64,000 nt of DNA, from positions 1 through 64,000 of the IMG/VR virus record IMGVR_UViG_2724679293_000007, one strand, 5' to 3'. Position 1 is the first letter of the stretch; each line of letters begins with the position of its first letter. This DNA comes from a virus. Taxonomy: Duplodnaviria; Heunggongvirae; Uroviricota; Caudoviricetes. The position numbers and the translations under genes were made by a program. Shown one piece after another: positions 54,001-63,349 of the stretch. Under the pieces are notes generated by a model. The model saw only the letters and a list, made by a program, of their open reading frames with translations. It was not told where the DNA came from and did not search any database.

Positions 54001-54486
54001 CTTACTCCCTGACTTTCCAATAAAACGACCACGCGCATCGCGTTGGTTTTGGCTTTTTTGCGTACCGCCTTTTTGACCGAACATTTCGCGGGCGTGTTCG
54101 GCTGCTTCGGTCCGTTGCGCCTTTACATCTTCTGTTATAGCCTTCCTGCCTCGTTTTTTACCCTTTCGCGTAGTTGATTTGGCCTGCGGTTCCTGTAGAG
54201 CAACATCCTCCTGAACTACACGAGGAACGTCCCCTAAATTAAGCCGTTTCATTGCCTCAACAATAGGGTCCACTGATGGCGCATTGGCCACAAAGTCTGG
54301 CCGGGAATTTTCGATTGTGCGATTTAATGCCGACACACTGCGAGAGACAGGATCAACAGTTGCAACGCGTCCCCCTTTCAAATCTTCAACAGCTTCCCGG
54401 ATACCTGCAAGCTCTTCCAGCTCTTTTGCGCTGGCGGTTTCAACTGTCCTTATAACATCGTCAATGTTGGCGTTTTTTCTTTCCAT
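51058..54486 (-). CDS. sit: Sit, tail tape-measure-like protein with lytic transglycosylase domain
   Basis: 1142 aa; SLT motif ...AIAATESGGDPNAKSPLTRSPDGKLSGGALGMFQF..AYNAG..; Gly/Ala/Lys-rich repeats. Confidence 0.8.
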   Translation of the reverse strand: MERKNANIDDVIRTVETASAKELEELAGIREAVEDLKGGRVATVDPVSRSVSALNRTIENSRPDFVANAPSVDPIVEAMKRLNLGDVPRVVQEDVALQEPQAKSTTRKGKKRGRKAITEDVKAQRTEAAEHAREMFGQKGGTQKSQNQRDARGRFIGKSGSKAAAEDARAERAEKTRRKEDDERLNAESGLLKKLSKVAEGIGNPSETRAVDALGYAVAGPLWAAGKELGGISKEVGGSLNGARKSIADVIRGNDDNSRKKGFFRRKSQSSADVVQVNTQKRTVQELQDQTSEIKEGNDKILSALDQIAKNTGKKKGGLLSKLFSLLGKGAGGIASLIFGRGALKKVGSMALGALGIKKVASLLGFGGKKAAAKEAGELATRGAGKLATKGLGKLGVKALAKGVLRAIPLVGTVVGGIYDAVTGWNDTEAQRRTFGLKDGEDPSFQQKAAYTLANVLDMGGLVSGISSAIGGVLKSLGFEDIGNMLQSFSTESIAQAIDSGITNLETYISNLGDTISTTFNDYTAKIGDAISAWFSDTTKSLNEKLDAIKDFFTVDNLKKVFSDAIDSAIDFIKNPGKYIKEAGSNLWSAAKELSGEVADAAVQSTPVAWVASKLVNKADAKEVTPELKTPAKERQEGNAPKTEYTPKKANIVTRVVNASLDTAKDSNKTVKETANQIINANAVETGNRALQKIDKAIGQNSSSSSSRNTTGTRNDIQKAADTYNNGNLDVKVGSLGAEGKANLDKLAPYFAELENKYGLPEGTLYAIAATESGGDPNAKSPLTRSPDGKLSGGALGMFQFTSIARKETGISEPDAFDPVKSAEAAALLMSKYLKQANGDLNEAITAYNAGFGTINKWKKGTGDLSKENREYAIKVNTHRARYLGGEIYTPGAGAQGGAQYGVRGPLPDNAVIDQSTGLAFTPGDSPFEKGGLVDKIGNAVGVNDLVNKFMNGRGMRREVVQGTLEERARGRGTATAAGNVYVDTPMPVEEARPVANNSSYFDQLGAQMGIDGLYDKLINARGMRSNNSPQPASTSQVTTAANDLQQPTGRMQIDGQVISDLGGSGAKPTMQLADNTVSLDGETKRLFAQMTSLLARIEEHTKDSAKGQGTVVKVSTPQPGVMRTVPLSIDDPLMNDYARVD

Positions 54487-54567
54487 GATCTTATCGCCTA
54501 CCGTTTCGGTTTAAGTTTTTCTTCCAGTTTCTCCAACAGGAAAAACGCATAGGATTCAGTAAGCCTT

Positions 54568-55449
54568 TCAGCGTCCTGAATCGGTATACCCCCATACAAA
54601 ACCAGGTTGGACACTAAGGTCTGATAGCTTTTCAATCCCCACCTGTGGAATGAAGTCGGTAGCCCGAAAGGGCACCCACAGACGGGTATATGCACCCTCT
54701 GTGGACTCCTTTTTATCCTGATTTGGGCATTTATGCGGCGGGAGACGAAGACGCATTTCACCTTTATCGATGTAGCACGGTAAACCATGTTCGAGCTTTT
54801 CATGAGCCAGTCGGATGTGTGCCGCCAGCTTCATAAATTCAGTATCAATGGCCATCCGTTTAATCGTTTCATAACGACGCTCAGCCTGATCTTCACGAGT
54901 ACCGCTAACATCGTTATAAAGCTCACACTGATAAGCGAATTCCCAAAAACGCAAATCAACGATCGCTTCTTTGAATTCCGCGTCGTCTTCAGGTGGCAAT
55001 GCTGCACGGCGCATCTCCAGCATTTCCATTGCCCAACCATCAAGCGGCACGATACGCCATTGATAAGGTACTCCCTCTACAGACACCTCAATATCGTCAA
55101 TGAAAGGTTCCACTTCCAGGACCTGGATATCTTCAGCCAGAGCATTCATATCACAATCGTAATAATGCTCTTTACCACAATGTTTACAGGTGTAGGTGAA
55201 TGTCTCGACCGGTGTTTCACGGGAGCCGGTAAATATCCACCATAACGCGGTAATCCGGTCCTGCGCCGTCCATGTCAGGGGATCATGTTTCGCGGGTTCA
55301 GCCAGCAAGGCTTTTAAATACGCCGTTGTCTGTTGTTCTTGTTCCTCCGGTGTTATCGAGTTGAAACGCATCGCATCAGCAATATTTGGCTGACGGAACT
55401 GGATCAATTCAGTTGGCCGCGATGGTAGCGGGAAAAGAGGTAAAAGCAT
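54568..55449 (-). CDS. tail morphogenesis protein (PmgB-like, 293 aa)
   Basis: ORF between tub-like and sit genes. Confidence 0.45.
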   Translation of the reverse strand: MLLPLFPLPSRPTELIQFRQPNIADAMRFNSITPEEQEQQTTAYLKALLAEPAKHDPLTWTAQDRITALWWIFTGSRETPVETFTYTCKHCGKEHYYDCDMNALAEDIQVLEVEPFIDDIEVSVEGVPYQWRIVPLDGWAMEMLEMRRAALPPEDDAEFKEAIVDLRFWEFAYQCELYNDVSGTREDQAERRYETIKRMAIDTEFMKLAAHIRLAHEKLEHGLPCYIDKGEMRLRLPPHKCPNQDKKESTEGAYTRLWVPFRATDFIPQVGIEKLSDLSVQPGFVWGYTDSGR

Positions 55450-55463
55450 CCTTGCTCCTTAAT

Positions 55464-56075
55464 TCAAAGAGAAAAGCTAAAGCCCAGAAGGGAAGCCAAA
55501 GAACTTGAGGATTGGTTAAACGTGCTGTGCAATGCGAAGGTCATTGGGAATGACTTAAATTCAGTAACCTGATCTCGCGCATAGGTGACATCGCCGGTAG
55601 TGACCGGGAATACCGTCATCTCATTTTCCAGTTTGGTTAAACCGGAAGACAGTAACCGATAAATACGCACATTGAGCAAATATTTAGACGGTATATTCCC
55701 GGTACCGTCCGGATTGATCACCCGACTTTTTGCCGTCTTAAACCAGTCCAAAACGAGGCCATCAACGGTATCCCTGACCATCATTGTTATCTGCCCAGGC
55801 GAACGCTCCGTTGGTTGAAGGATATTCCCTCCGCCGATTTTAATCGTTTCATATTCGATGCTGTAATCGTGGTAGGTAATATCTTTGGCAAAGAAGTCTG
55901 CCCCCTCCAGTCCATCAACTTCGACAGAGAACTGCCATCCTTGCGCGAACAACATTTTGTTCATGATGATTGACGTCAGCTTACCAACTTCCCGCTCACC
56001 AACGCCGGAGCCAAATAATGTCGTCGTTAATGCCGAAGATACATAAGACTTTACTGATGCAACATTAAGTCCCAT
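55464..56075 (-). CDS. tub: tail tube protein (Tub-like, 203 aa)
   Basis: Size and position upstream of sit cluster. Confidence 0.5.
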   Translation of the reverse strand: MGLNVASVKSYVSSALTTTLFGSGVGEREVGKLTSIIMNKMLFAQGWQFSVEVDGLEGADFFAKDITYHDYSIEYETIKIGGGNILQPTERSPGQITMMVRDTVDGLVLDWFKTAKSRVINPDGTGNIPSKYLLNVRIYRLLSSGLTKLENEMTVFPVTTGDVTYARDQVTEFKSFPMTFALHSTFNQSSSSLASLLGFSFSL

Positions 56076-56085
56076 ATCAACGACC

Positions 56086-56676
<591 letters not shown>

Positions 56677-56805
56677 TTACCCGATTCTACGAGTTGTCAT
56701 TTGTTACCGGTCAGTCTACACATTTCAGATGCTGCGTTAAAAAACCCAAGTACTTCAAGTAGCACATCGTCATCAACACCCAGCCCCAAGATACGGTGAT
56801 AAAAT

Positions 56806-57873
56806 TCAAGCCTTAAGAGGCTTTGTGTATGTTCGTGTAATCCATCCAGTAATAAACTCGTCCCCTGATTTAACCTGCACGAAAAGCCATTGGCGATCTT
56901 TTTTATCTAAAACAGCCACTATAGTATTTTTGCCAATGCATTCAATCACCTCACTATTTATAGAAGGACTGACGTGTAATCTTACGTTCTCACCAGTTAT
57001 AAAACGAAAACCATTGAGATCTTCCCAACTAATTTCTTTGTTTTCTTTAATTAATTGTTGTTTTGATATTGGTTTATCCTCAAACAGAGATATAAAATAT
57101 GATTCTGCCTTGTGTATTCCCAGCAAGGTTTTCTCTTTTCCGTAATCAATAAAAGCACCAAACACAACTTGAGAAAATATAACCATTAGTAACCATTGCA
57201 GTGGATAAGGAAGCTCTTTAAATGAATCAACAAACTTTGAGCTAGGTTTATTTAATCCTTTATTTTGAACATTACTTTTGGTGTGTGATGTTTCAGTAGC
57301 ACCTTCAGCATAAGCCTGCGCAATAGATGAAATCCCCTGCTCTATTATTTGATGTAATGAAGCATTTCTTGTTCTAGCATAGTGATCTAGTACTTTCTTT
57401 ATGTCTTGGCTTACATCTGTTTTATAACTTGCACTTTGTTGTAATTCTTTAAGTATCGCTTGCATGTTATTTAAACCAGCTTGCTTATTAAGCACCTCAA
57501 GCTGTTTTCGTAATGGCATAGCTATTTCGGCCTGTTTCCTTAGCATTTGAATATATCTATTTGCGTCATGAGGGAAAAGAGCCTGAGTCTGTTTCTGTAA
57601 AATCGCGATATGTTCACGATACTTGCTGCCTATTCCAGCCAAGTTCGGCATACTAGCCAATTGTTTTCGAAGAGAGTTACTAATTACAGCTTGTCTATTC
57701 AATCTTGTCATATTTTGAAAAGAATGTTTTTCTATTCCTAATTGTTTTTGCAAGATCGCTACGTGATCTTTGTATGATGGAATGAGCACTGACTGTTTAT
57801 ACAGTAACTTCAACTCATTAGAATTAGTAATTTTTGTCATATTATTCCATTTATATAATAGAATATTACGCAA
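56806..57873 (-). CDS. membrane-anchored protein with internal repeats and C-terminal SH3b-like domain (355 aa), AT-rich
   Basis: Repeated HxAILQKQ / LRKQL segments, one TM helix (LQWLLMVIFSQVVFGAFIDY), C-terminal pattern like bacterial SH3 (GFRFITGENVRLHVSPS..WLFVQVKSGDEFITGWITRTY). Confidence 0.55.
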   Translation of the reverse strand: MRNILLYKWNNMTKITNSNELKLLYKQSVLIPSYKDHVAILQKQLGIEKHSFQNMTRLNRQAVISNSLRKQLASMPNLAGIGSKYREHIAILQKQTQALFPHDANRYIQMLRKQAEIAMPLRKQLEVLNKQAGLNNMQAILKELQQSASYKTDVSQDIKKVLDHYARTRNASLHQIIEQGISSIAQAYAEGATETSHTKSNVQNKGLNKPSSKFVDSFKELPYPLQWLLMVIFSQVVFGAFIDYGKEKTLLGIHKAESYFISLFEDKPISKQQLIKENKEISWEDLNGFRFITGENVRLHVSPSINSEVIECIGKNTIVAVLDKKDRQWLFVQVKSGDEFITGWITRTYTKPLKA

Positions 57874-57914
57874 CCAATGTTTTATTGATTGCGTTAATCT
57901 TTAACACAGAAAGA

Positions 57915-58391
57915 TCATTTGCCTCGTTTAATACATCCATCCATTTTGGCTTGTTGATACAACTTACTTAGCCCAGAAAGAGGGAATGTAGCAATTTTTT
58001 CATTATCAACATAAGCATCAATCATATTAGCATTTGAATCTGCTGCATCTTGCCAAAAGGCATACCACCAAGAATCTCCAACCATTGATCCAAGATTGCT
58101 AAAAGGATATTGCTCACCATCTATAGTTAATACTATTTTATTCTTGTCAGCATTATACTCTTTTTTATTATTCGACGAACTTAGCAACAAGCCTAAACTA
58201 CCTGCACTATCTGGTGAACCATACATGAATCCCATATCACATAAAAAACTTATCTTATCACCATTATGATTATGGATTGTATATTCTCTCCCCCCTCTCT
58301 CTTCAATTACATTCCATTGTAGAGGATCAATTTTTGCAAATGTTCCTGCTGAAACTAACGATACAAATAATAAAAACCATCTCATATTCAT
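57915..58391 (-). CDS. secreted/periplasmic protein with signal peptide (158 aa), AT-rich
   Basis: N-terminus MNMRWFLLFVSLVSAGTFA then charged mature region; two Cys. Confidence 0.55.
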   Translation of the reverse strand: MNMRWFLLFVSLVSAGTFAKIDPLQWNVIEERGGREYTIHNHNGDKISFLCDMGFMYGSPDSAGSLGLLLSSSNNKKEYNADKNKIVLTIDGEQYPFSNLGSMVGDSWWYAFWQDAADSNANMIDAYVDNEKIATFPLSGLSKLYQQAKMDGCIKRGK

Positions 58392-58413
58392 TCTTTTCGC
58401 TTCTTATCTGTAA

Positions 58414-58764
58414 TTATTCTGCAATATCATTTGCCCATTGCACGGCAGCAAAATGAGTACCCAAACCACTCAGGAAAGCAATTACCCCCAAAACAATACT
58501 TGCTGCTGTTGATTCAAACAAAGTACCAATACTATAGCCAATAGCTCCCCATACTAAGCTAAATACAATCATCAATGGTATTGCCAGAAATTTTATTCTT
58601 AAACTAAAAATCAGTCCAAGAAAAGAACCGCCAAAGGCCCACCATGATTTAGACATTAAACCTATCAGTATTGACAGAATTCCTATTTCAATAAAGAGAA
58701 TATTAGATTGCTCTTCATTGAATTTCGCATTTGTTACACCTTTACGAACATGTTCAGATGACAT
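58414..58764 (-). CDS. integral membrane protein (116 aa, about 3 TM helices), AT-rich
   Basis: Three hydrophobic segments; first gene of the three-gene minus-strand operon. Confidence 0.5.
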   Translation of the reverse strand: MSSEHVRKGVTNAKFNEEQSNILFIEIGILSILIGLMSKSWWAFGGSFLGLIFSLRIKFLAIPLMIVFSLVWGAIGYSIGTLFESTAASIVLGVIAFLSGLGTHFAAVQWANDIAE

Positions 58765-58910
58765 GATTAACTATCTCCTGCCACAGATAAAACGCCTTAA
58801 AATAACATTTTGTAGCATAAAGTTTCACCATGCAATGGTCAAAATCTTTGACCCATATCAATTAAACTCATACATTTTAGTTACCAGGGAAATAATTTAC
58901 ATGGTTGCAA

Positions 58911-58927
58911 GTTGCTCTAATTATTTT
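58911..58927 (+). promoter_or_regulatory. C1 operator (GTTGCTCTAATTATTTT), Op51-like
   Basis: 13/17 match; between divergent cargo operon and c4-icd-ant. Confidence 0.6.
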
Positions 58928-59125
58928 ATTTTTTTAGCTTCATATGCTACATTAACTTGCTTGCGTGCTAATGCATTTTCGGTTTATCCTAAACAGGCAT
59001 CTTAGTAAAACGGATGCCGGGATTGGAACCCCGGATAATGCAAAAGGCGACACAGACGCCAAAAGCGTCTTTTTTTGTGTCATGCCATCGCACAGCCATA
59101 CGTAGCACATAGCTCCGAGATCAAT

Positions 59126-59205
59126 GGTAGTGCTGGCTGGGCTGCCGAAAGGCAGGCCGGTTCCCTTTTGCGCCGGTAGTTCCAACCCAGTCAGTGCTAC
59201 CGCCA
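59126..59205 (+). ncRNA. c4: c4 antisense repressor RNA (immI), tRNA-like precursor
   Basis: About 77-80 nt; long terminal stem (59126-59141 pairs with 59186-59201) ending GCCA, internal GNRA hairpin CTGCC-GAAA-GGCAG, exposed GGUUCC elements complementary to GGAACC targets at 59021-59030 and 59211-59219. Confidence 0.55.
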
Positions 59206-59261
59206 TTGAGATTGGAACCTCACGCGGTAGCTCCTTAAATTAGCAAAAGGAGGCTGCCATT

Positions 59262-59483
59262 GTGGCTACTATCCCTACCCCTACTCATCCTGAATTTATC
59301 TGGCGCTTTTACTCCTGCCAAAAACACCACTATCACTTCGTTATCGCAGCAACAGAAGACGAAGCACGCTCTCAATTGCCTGATGGCCCCTGCATTTTTA
59401 CTGCCCGTTTTTCAACTAACTCGCGCAATTCACTTAGTTACTGGAACCTCCCCTTCTCTGCCGACGTTCAGGGGGGTTTATGA
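59262..59483 (+). CDS. icd: Icd (interference with cell division), 73 aa
   Basis: GTG start with AAGGAGG RBS; 73 codons overlapping ant start (ATGA), as recalled for P1. Confidence 0.55.
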   Translation: MATIPTPTHPEFIWRFYSCQKHHYHFVIAATEDEARSQLPDGPCIFTARFSTNSRNSLSYWNLPFSADVQGGL

Positions 59484-60523
59484 AAAAACCTCTCGTCACC
59501 CGGAATGAAATAGCCGAAGCGATCGCCCTGCATACTGCCTGTATGCCGACACGGGAGATCCCCGGCGCAATTGCCAACTATTTCATGATAACCAAGCGTT
59601 TTTATACCCGGATAGATAAGGCTGTGATCAACAGGCTACTGATAGCCGAGATCAGGGATTATTTGATTGAACAAGGACGTCTACGTTACGCAACAGTGGC
59701 AGCAGAAATGAGAAAGGAGGCACATAGAATGACCGGTAATAATTTGAATGTTGAAAAACCAGCACCTGTTGCTTCAGCTACGCCAGCACCAGCCGTGAAT
59801 GTCATCCCCAACACCGGAGACACAATCGACAGCCAAACATTGTTGAAGATGGTCAATGAGGCACGCAAGTTATGTGGAGAACCATTGGTTAGAAACAATA
59901 AATTCATCGAAAAAATACTCGACGAATTAGAAGGTGAGGACGGTTACACAAAAAGTGCAACCGTGCCGCCAGGTGGCGGTACGCCTATGGTTGTCATAAC
60001 CATGACCTACAAACAAGCCCTGCGAGTTGCCGCGCGCGAGTCAAAAGCGGTCCGCCGTTCGCTGATCGACAAACTGGAAGAATTGCAGCAGGCAAACTCC
60101 CCTGCCCCATCGATCCCCCAAACATTACCAGAAGCCCTACGCCTGGCTGCCGAGTTAGCAGAACAGAAAATGCAGTTGGAACAACAGCTGGTGGCCGCAG
60201 CCCCTAAAGTCGATTTTGCCGACCGGGTATCAGTGGCCAATGGAATCCTGATCGGGAACTTTGCAAAGGTCGTTGGACTTAAGCAAAACGCCCTTTTCTC
60301 ATGGTTGCGCCAGAACGGCATTCTCATGGCTTTTGGTGCGCGCAAAAACGTACCGCGCCAGCAGTACATTAATGCCGGGTATTTCACGGTGAAAGAAGTG
60401 GTGCTGGATGATGAAAATGGCTACCAGATACGGCTGACGCCCCAATTAACGGGTAAAGGCCAGCAGTGGTTAACTCGCAAGCTACTTGATGCTGGTTTGT
60501 TAAAACCAGTAGCAATAGGTTAA
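59480..60523 (+). CDS. ant: Ant antirepressor (Ant1), KilA-C/Ant C-terminal domain
   Basis: 347 aa; C-terminal 135 aa homologous to KilA C-terminus; downstream of c4 and icd. Confidence 0.75.
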   Translation: MKKPLVTRNEIAEAIALHTACMPTREIPGAIANYFMITKRFYTRIDKAVINRLLIAEIRDYLIEQGRLRYATVAAEMRKEAHRMTGNNLNVEKPAPVASATPAPAVNVIPNTGDTIDSQTLLKMVNEARKLCGEPLVRNNKFIEKILDELEGEDGYTKSATVPPGGGTPMVVITMTYKQALRVAARESKAVRRSLIDKLEELQQANSPAPSIPQTLPEALRLAAELAEQKMQLEQQLVAAAPKVDFADRVSVANGILIGNFAKVVGLKQNALFSWLRQNGILMAFGARKNVPRQQYINAGYFTVKEVVLDDENGYQIRLTPQLTGKGQQWLTRKLLDAGLLKPVAIG

Positions 60524-60600
60524 TAAAAGAAAAAACCTGCCAGCAAACTGGCAGGTTTCTGAGCAGATCGTCCAACCCGATCTGGATCGAGTTAGAAAAA

Positions 60601-60617
60601 TTTGCTCTAATAAATTT
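60601..60617 (+). promoter_or_regulatory. C1 operator (TTTGCTCTAATAAATTT), Op53-like
   Basis: 16/17 match to consensus, 70 bp upstream of kilA. Confidence 0.7.
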
Positions 60618-60686
60618 CGTTTTCTAAGTGCAAAGAATCACCATTTCGAGCTGGTGATTGAAGGTTGATGCAAATTTGGAGAAAAA

Positions 60687-61487
60687 ATGCAACAAACATT
60701 CAATGCGGATATGAATATATCAAACCTTCATCAAAATGTCGATCCTTCAACCACTCTGCCCGTTATTTGTGGTGTTGAAATTACGACCGACCGCGCTGGC
60801 CGTTACAACCTTAATGCTCTACACAGAGCGAGCGGACTCGGTGCCCATAAAGCGCCAGCTCAATGGCTAAGAACGCTGTCAGCTAAACAGCTCATCGAAG
60901 AGCTTGAAAAAGAAACTATGCAGAATTGCATAGTTTCGTTCGAAGGCCGTGGCGGCGGCACTTTTGCCCATGAATTGCTCGCTGTGGAGTACGCAGGCTG
61001 GATTTCTCCCGCGTTTCGGCTGAAGGTAAACCAGACATTTATCGACTATCGAGCTGGAAGATTACAACCTGCTATTCCGCAGAGTCTCCCTGAAGCTCTC
61101 CGTTTGGCTGCCGACCTGGCAGAGCAAAAGCAACGGCTGGAGCAAAAAATGCTTATGGATGCACCTAAAGTCGAATTCGCCGAACGCGTTGCTACCGCCA
61201 GCGGGGTTCTAATCGGCAACTATGCCAAAGTGCTCGGCCTGGGCCAAAACTATCTCTTCACCTGGTTGCGTGATAACGGAATTCTGATCGCAACCGGAGA
61301 ACGCAGGAACGTCCCCAAACAAGAATACATCTCCCGTGGGTATTTCCCCCTTAAAGAAACCGTGATCGATACAAGCAATGGAAGCAGGATTTCTTTCACG
61401 ACTCGTATAACCGGCAAAGGTCAGCAGTGGCTGATGAAGCGATTGCTTGATGCTGGTGTGCTGGTACCTGTCGCGGCAACGCGCTAA
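60687..61487 (+). CDS. kilA: KilA (KilA-N plus KilA-C domains)
   Basis: 266 aa; C1-operator controlled; precedes repL as in P1. Confidence 0.75.
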   Translation: MQQTFNADMNISNLHQNVDPSTTLPVICGVEITTDRAGRYNLNALHRASGLGAHKAPAQWLRTLSAKQLIEELEKETMQNCIVSFEGRGGGTFAHELLAVEYAGWISPAFRLKVNQTFIDYRAGRLQPAIPQSLPEALRLAADLAEQKQRLEQKMLMDAPKVEFAERVATASGVLIGNYAKVLGLGQNYLFTWLRDNGILIATGERRNVPKQEYISRGYFPLKETVIDTSNGSRISFTTRITGKGQQWLMKRLLDAGVLVPVAATR

Positions 61488-61516
61488 CAGACGTAGTAAG
61501 AACCACCAGCATTGTA

Positions 61517-62362
61517 ATGCTGGCTAAAGTCACTTTCCTGAGCTGTATAACGATGAGCGATTTTACTTTTTCTGGCTATGAATTGGCCTGCTTTGTAACA
61601 CACTCCGGTCTATCCCGTAGCGCCGGGCATATCCTGTCGCAATGTGCAAATCTCGCGGCAACAACCAGTGAATACTTCATTCACAAGCCTCACCGCCTGA
61701 TCGCGGCAGAAACTGGTTATAGCCAATCAACCGTCGTTCGTGCATTCCGTGAAGCTGTAAACAAAGGAATCCTGTCTGTAGAGATTGTTATCGGCGATCA
61801 CCGTGAACGTCGCGCTAACCTGTACCGGTTTACACCATCCTTTTTGGCCTTCGCACAACAAGCCAAAAATGCGCTGATTGAAAGCAAATTAAAGATCTCT
61901 TCAGCGGCAACCAAGGTTAAAGCTGTTCTCGCTAAGACATTGGCTTTATTTAATTTTTTATCCACACCCCCATGTCAAAATGATACCCCCTCCCCCTGTC
62001 AGGATGACGTGGCAATAAAGAATAAGAAGTCACAAGTTAAAAAAACAAAAAGATCAGTTTCCGGCGGTGCCGGAACGAGCAGACTCAAAAAATTGACTTC
62101 ATGGATCGCTGAGGCAAAAGCAAAGGCTGACAATCTGCGGTTATCCAAAAAACGCGCTCAAAAACATGAGTTCAAGCAGAAAGTAGAGGCGGCAGCGCGG
62201 AAATATGCTTACCTGAAGAACAAGCGTTCTCCTGATATTTGCGGGATATCAAACTTCGATAATCTGCCGCATTGCATGACGGTAAACAAAGCTCTTAATG
62301 CGGTTTTAGCCAAAAATAAAGATAACGAACAATGGGGTATACCGGCAGGATTCAGAGGGTGA
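61517..62362 (+). CDS. repL: RepL, lytic replication initiator (oriL inside gene)
   Basis: 281 aa, size and position after kilA match recalled P1 RepL. Confidence 0.75.
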   Translation: MLAKVTFLSCITMSDFTFSGYELACFVTHSGLSRSAGHILSQCANLAATTSEYFIHKPHRLIAAETGYSQSTVVRAFREAVNKGILSVEIVIGDHRERRANLYRFTPSFLAFAQQAKNALIESKLKISSAATKVKAVLAKTLALFNFLSTPPCQNDTPSPCQDDVAIKNKKSQVKKTKRSVSGGAGTSRLKKLTSWIAEAKAKADNLRLSKKRAQKHEFKQKVEAAARKYAYLKNKRSPDICGISNFDNLPHCMTVNKALNAVLAKNKDNEQWGIPAGFRG

Positions 62363-62365
62363 TAG

Positions 62366-62382
62366 ATTGCTCTAATCTGGAG
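62366..62382 (+). promoter_or_regulatory. C1 operator (ATTGCTCTAATCTGGAG)
   Basis: 11/17 match, conserved ATTGCTCTAAT half; just after repL stop. Confidence 0.5.
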
Positions 62383-62412
62383 TCACCTGGCGTTTTCAGT
62401 TTGAGGTCGGAG

Positions 62413-62658
62413 ATGCAATCTGATTTTTTACAGTTAGCGATCGCTTTTGCAGGATATGTTTGTATTGGCTTCTGTGTATACATGATCAGCCGAAAAATGC
62501 TTGTCGATATCGACCGCAAAGAACGAGCAGAGGAGATCTTAGTATGGATTTTCTTTGGCGCGGTCTGGCCATTAGGGATCATGTTTGCTGCAACATTTCT
62601 TCTGATGTGGATATTCACCCTTCCAGGTGATTTCTATAGAAAAAAAGCCAGACATTGA
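62413..62658 (+). CDS. small membrane protein (81 aa)
   Basis: Track ORF 62332-62658 overlaps repL; start moved to ATG 62413 with GAGG RBS; two hydrophobic helices. Confidence 0.45.
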   Translation: MQSDFLQLAIAFAGYVCIGFCVYMISRKMLVDIDRKERAEEILVWIFFGAVWPLGIMFAATFLLMWIFTLPGDFYRKKARH

Positions 62659-62781
62659 TACAATCGTTGCGGGTGCTTGAGGCTATCTGCTTCAGGCATG
62701 ACCCGAAAAGCAGATAGAAGAAAGCCCCAGATAACATTACGCGTCCTGCAAGACGCTTAACATTAATCTGAGGCCATATCT

Positions 62782-62988
62782 ATGCTTAGCATACGTAGAT
62801 TAGCCTCTTACCGACCAAAAGGTCAAGGAGAAGCAGGCTATGAAGCAGCAAAAAGCGATGTTAATCGCTCTGATCGTCATCTGTTTAACCGTCATTGTGA
62901 CGGCACTGGTAACGAGGAAAGACCTCTGCGAGGTACGAATCCGAACCGGCCAGACGGAGGTCACTGTCTTCACAGCCTACGAATCTGA
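62782..62988 (+). CDS. mok: mok-like overlapping reading frame (modulator of killing)
   Basis: 68-aa frame starting upstream of hok and overlapping it out of frame, the arrangement of hok/sok loci. Confidence 0.35.
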   Translation: MLSIRRLASYRPKGQGEAGYEAAKSDVNRSDRHLFNRHCDGTGNEERPLRGTNPNRPDGGHCLHSLRI

Positions 62989-62995
62989 AAGGTAA
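62840..62995 (+). CDS. hok: Hok-family type I toxin (51 aa)
   Basis: MKQQKAMLIALIVICLTVIVTALVTRKDLCEVRIRTGQTEVTVFTAYESER closely matches recalled Hok; below ORF-track size cut-off. Confidence 0.85.
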   Translation: MKQQKAMLIALIVICLTVIVTALVTRKDLCEVRIRTGQTEVTVFTAYESER

Positions 62996-63300
62996 GAGAC
63001 CTGGCGGGGAGTGATCCCCGCCACTCTTCGTGTGTCTGGTAACCTCAATGCACCCTTTTCTCCCCAATAGTGTAAAACACAATGAAGTAGAAGGAGTTAT
63101 TTCACATCATGCAAAGATTCAGACCATATCTCCCAATAGCCTTCGCGACATGATGACTTTCAGAAATATCTAGCTGTTAACAAAATTCCATACTTGCTTT
63201 GCTAATACCACCTAGATTATATATGGAAAAATACACCTAAAACTTAAACAAATTATATCCACAACAAACATCCATCTATTAGGATTAAAATTAATTTAAT

Positions 63301-63342
63301 AATAAATAATACAACACCGGTTCATTTTCTAACAAACCGGTG
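63301..63342 (-). terminator. intrinsic terminator after MazG-like gene (CACCGGTT-12nt-AACCGGTG + U-rich)
   Basis: 8-bp stem followed on minus strand by TTGTATTATTTATT. Confidence 0.55.
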
Positions 63343-63349
63343 GGCACCA

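Noticed and set aside
59000-59240. Possible tRNA gene(s): repeated GGTTCC/GGAACC motifs, stems ending in GCCA
   Set aside because: No canonical D-arm, anticodon arm or 7-nt T-loop; the structure and position upstream of icd-ant fit the c4 antisense RNA and its target boxes instead.
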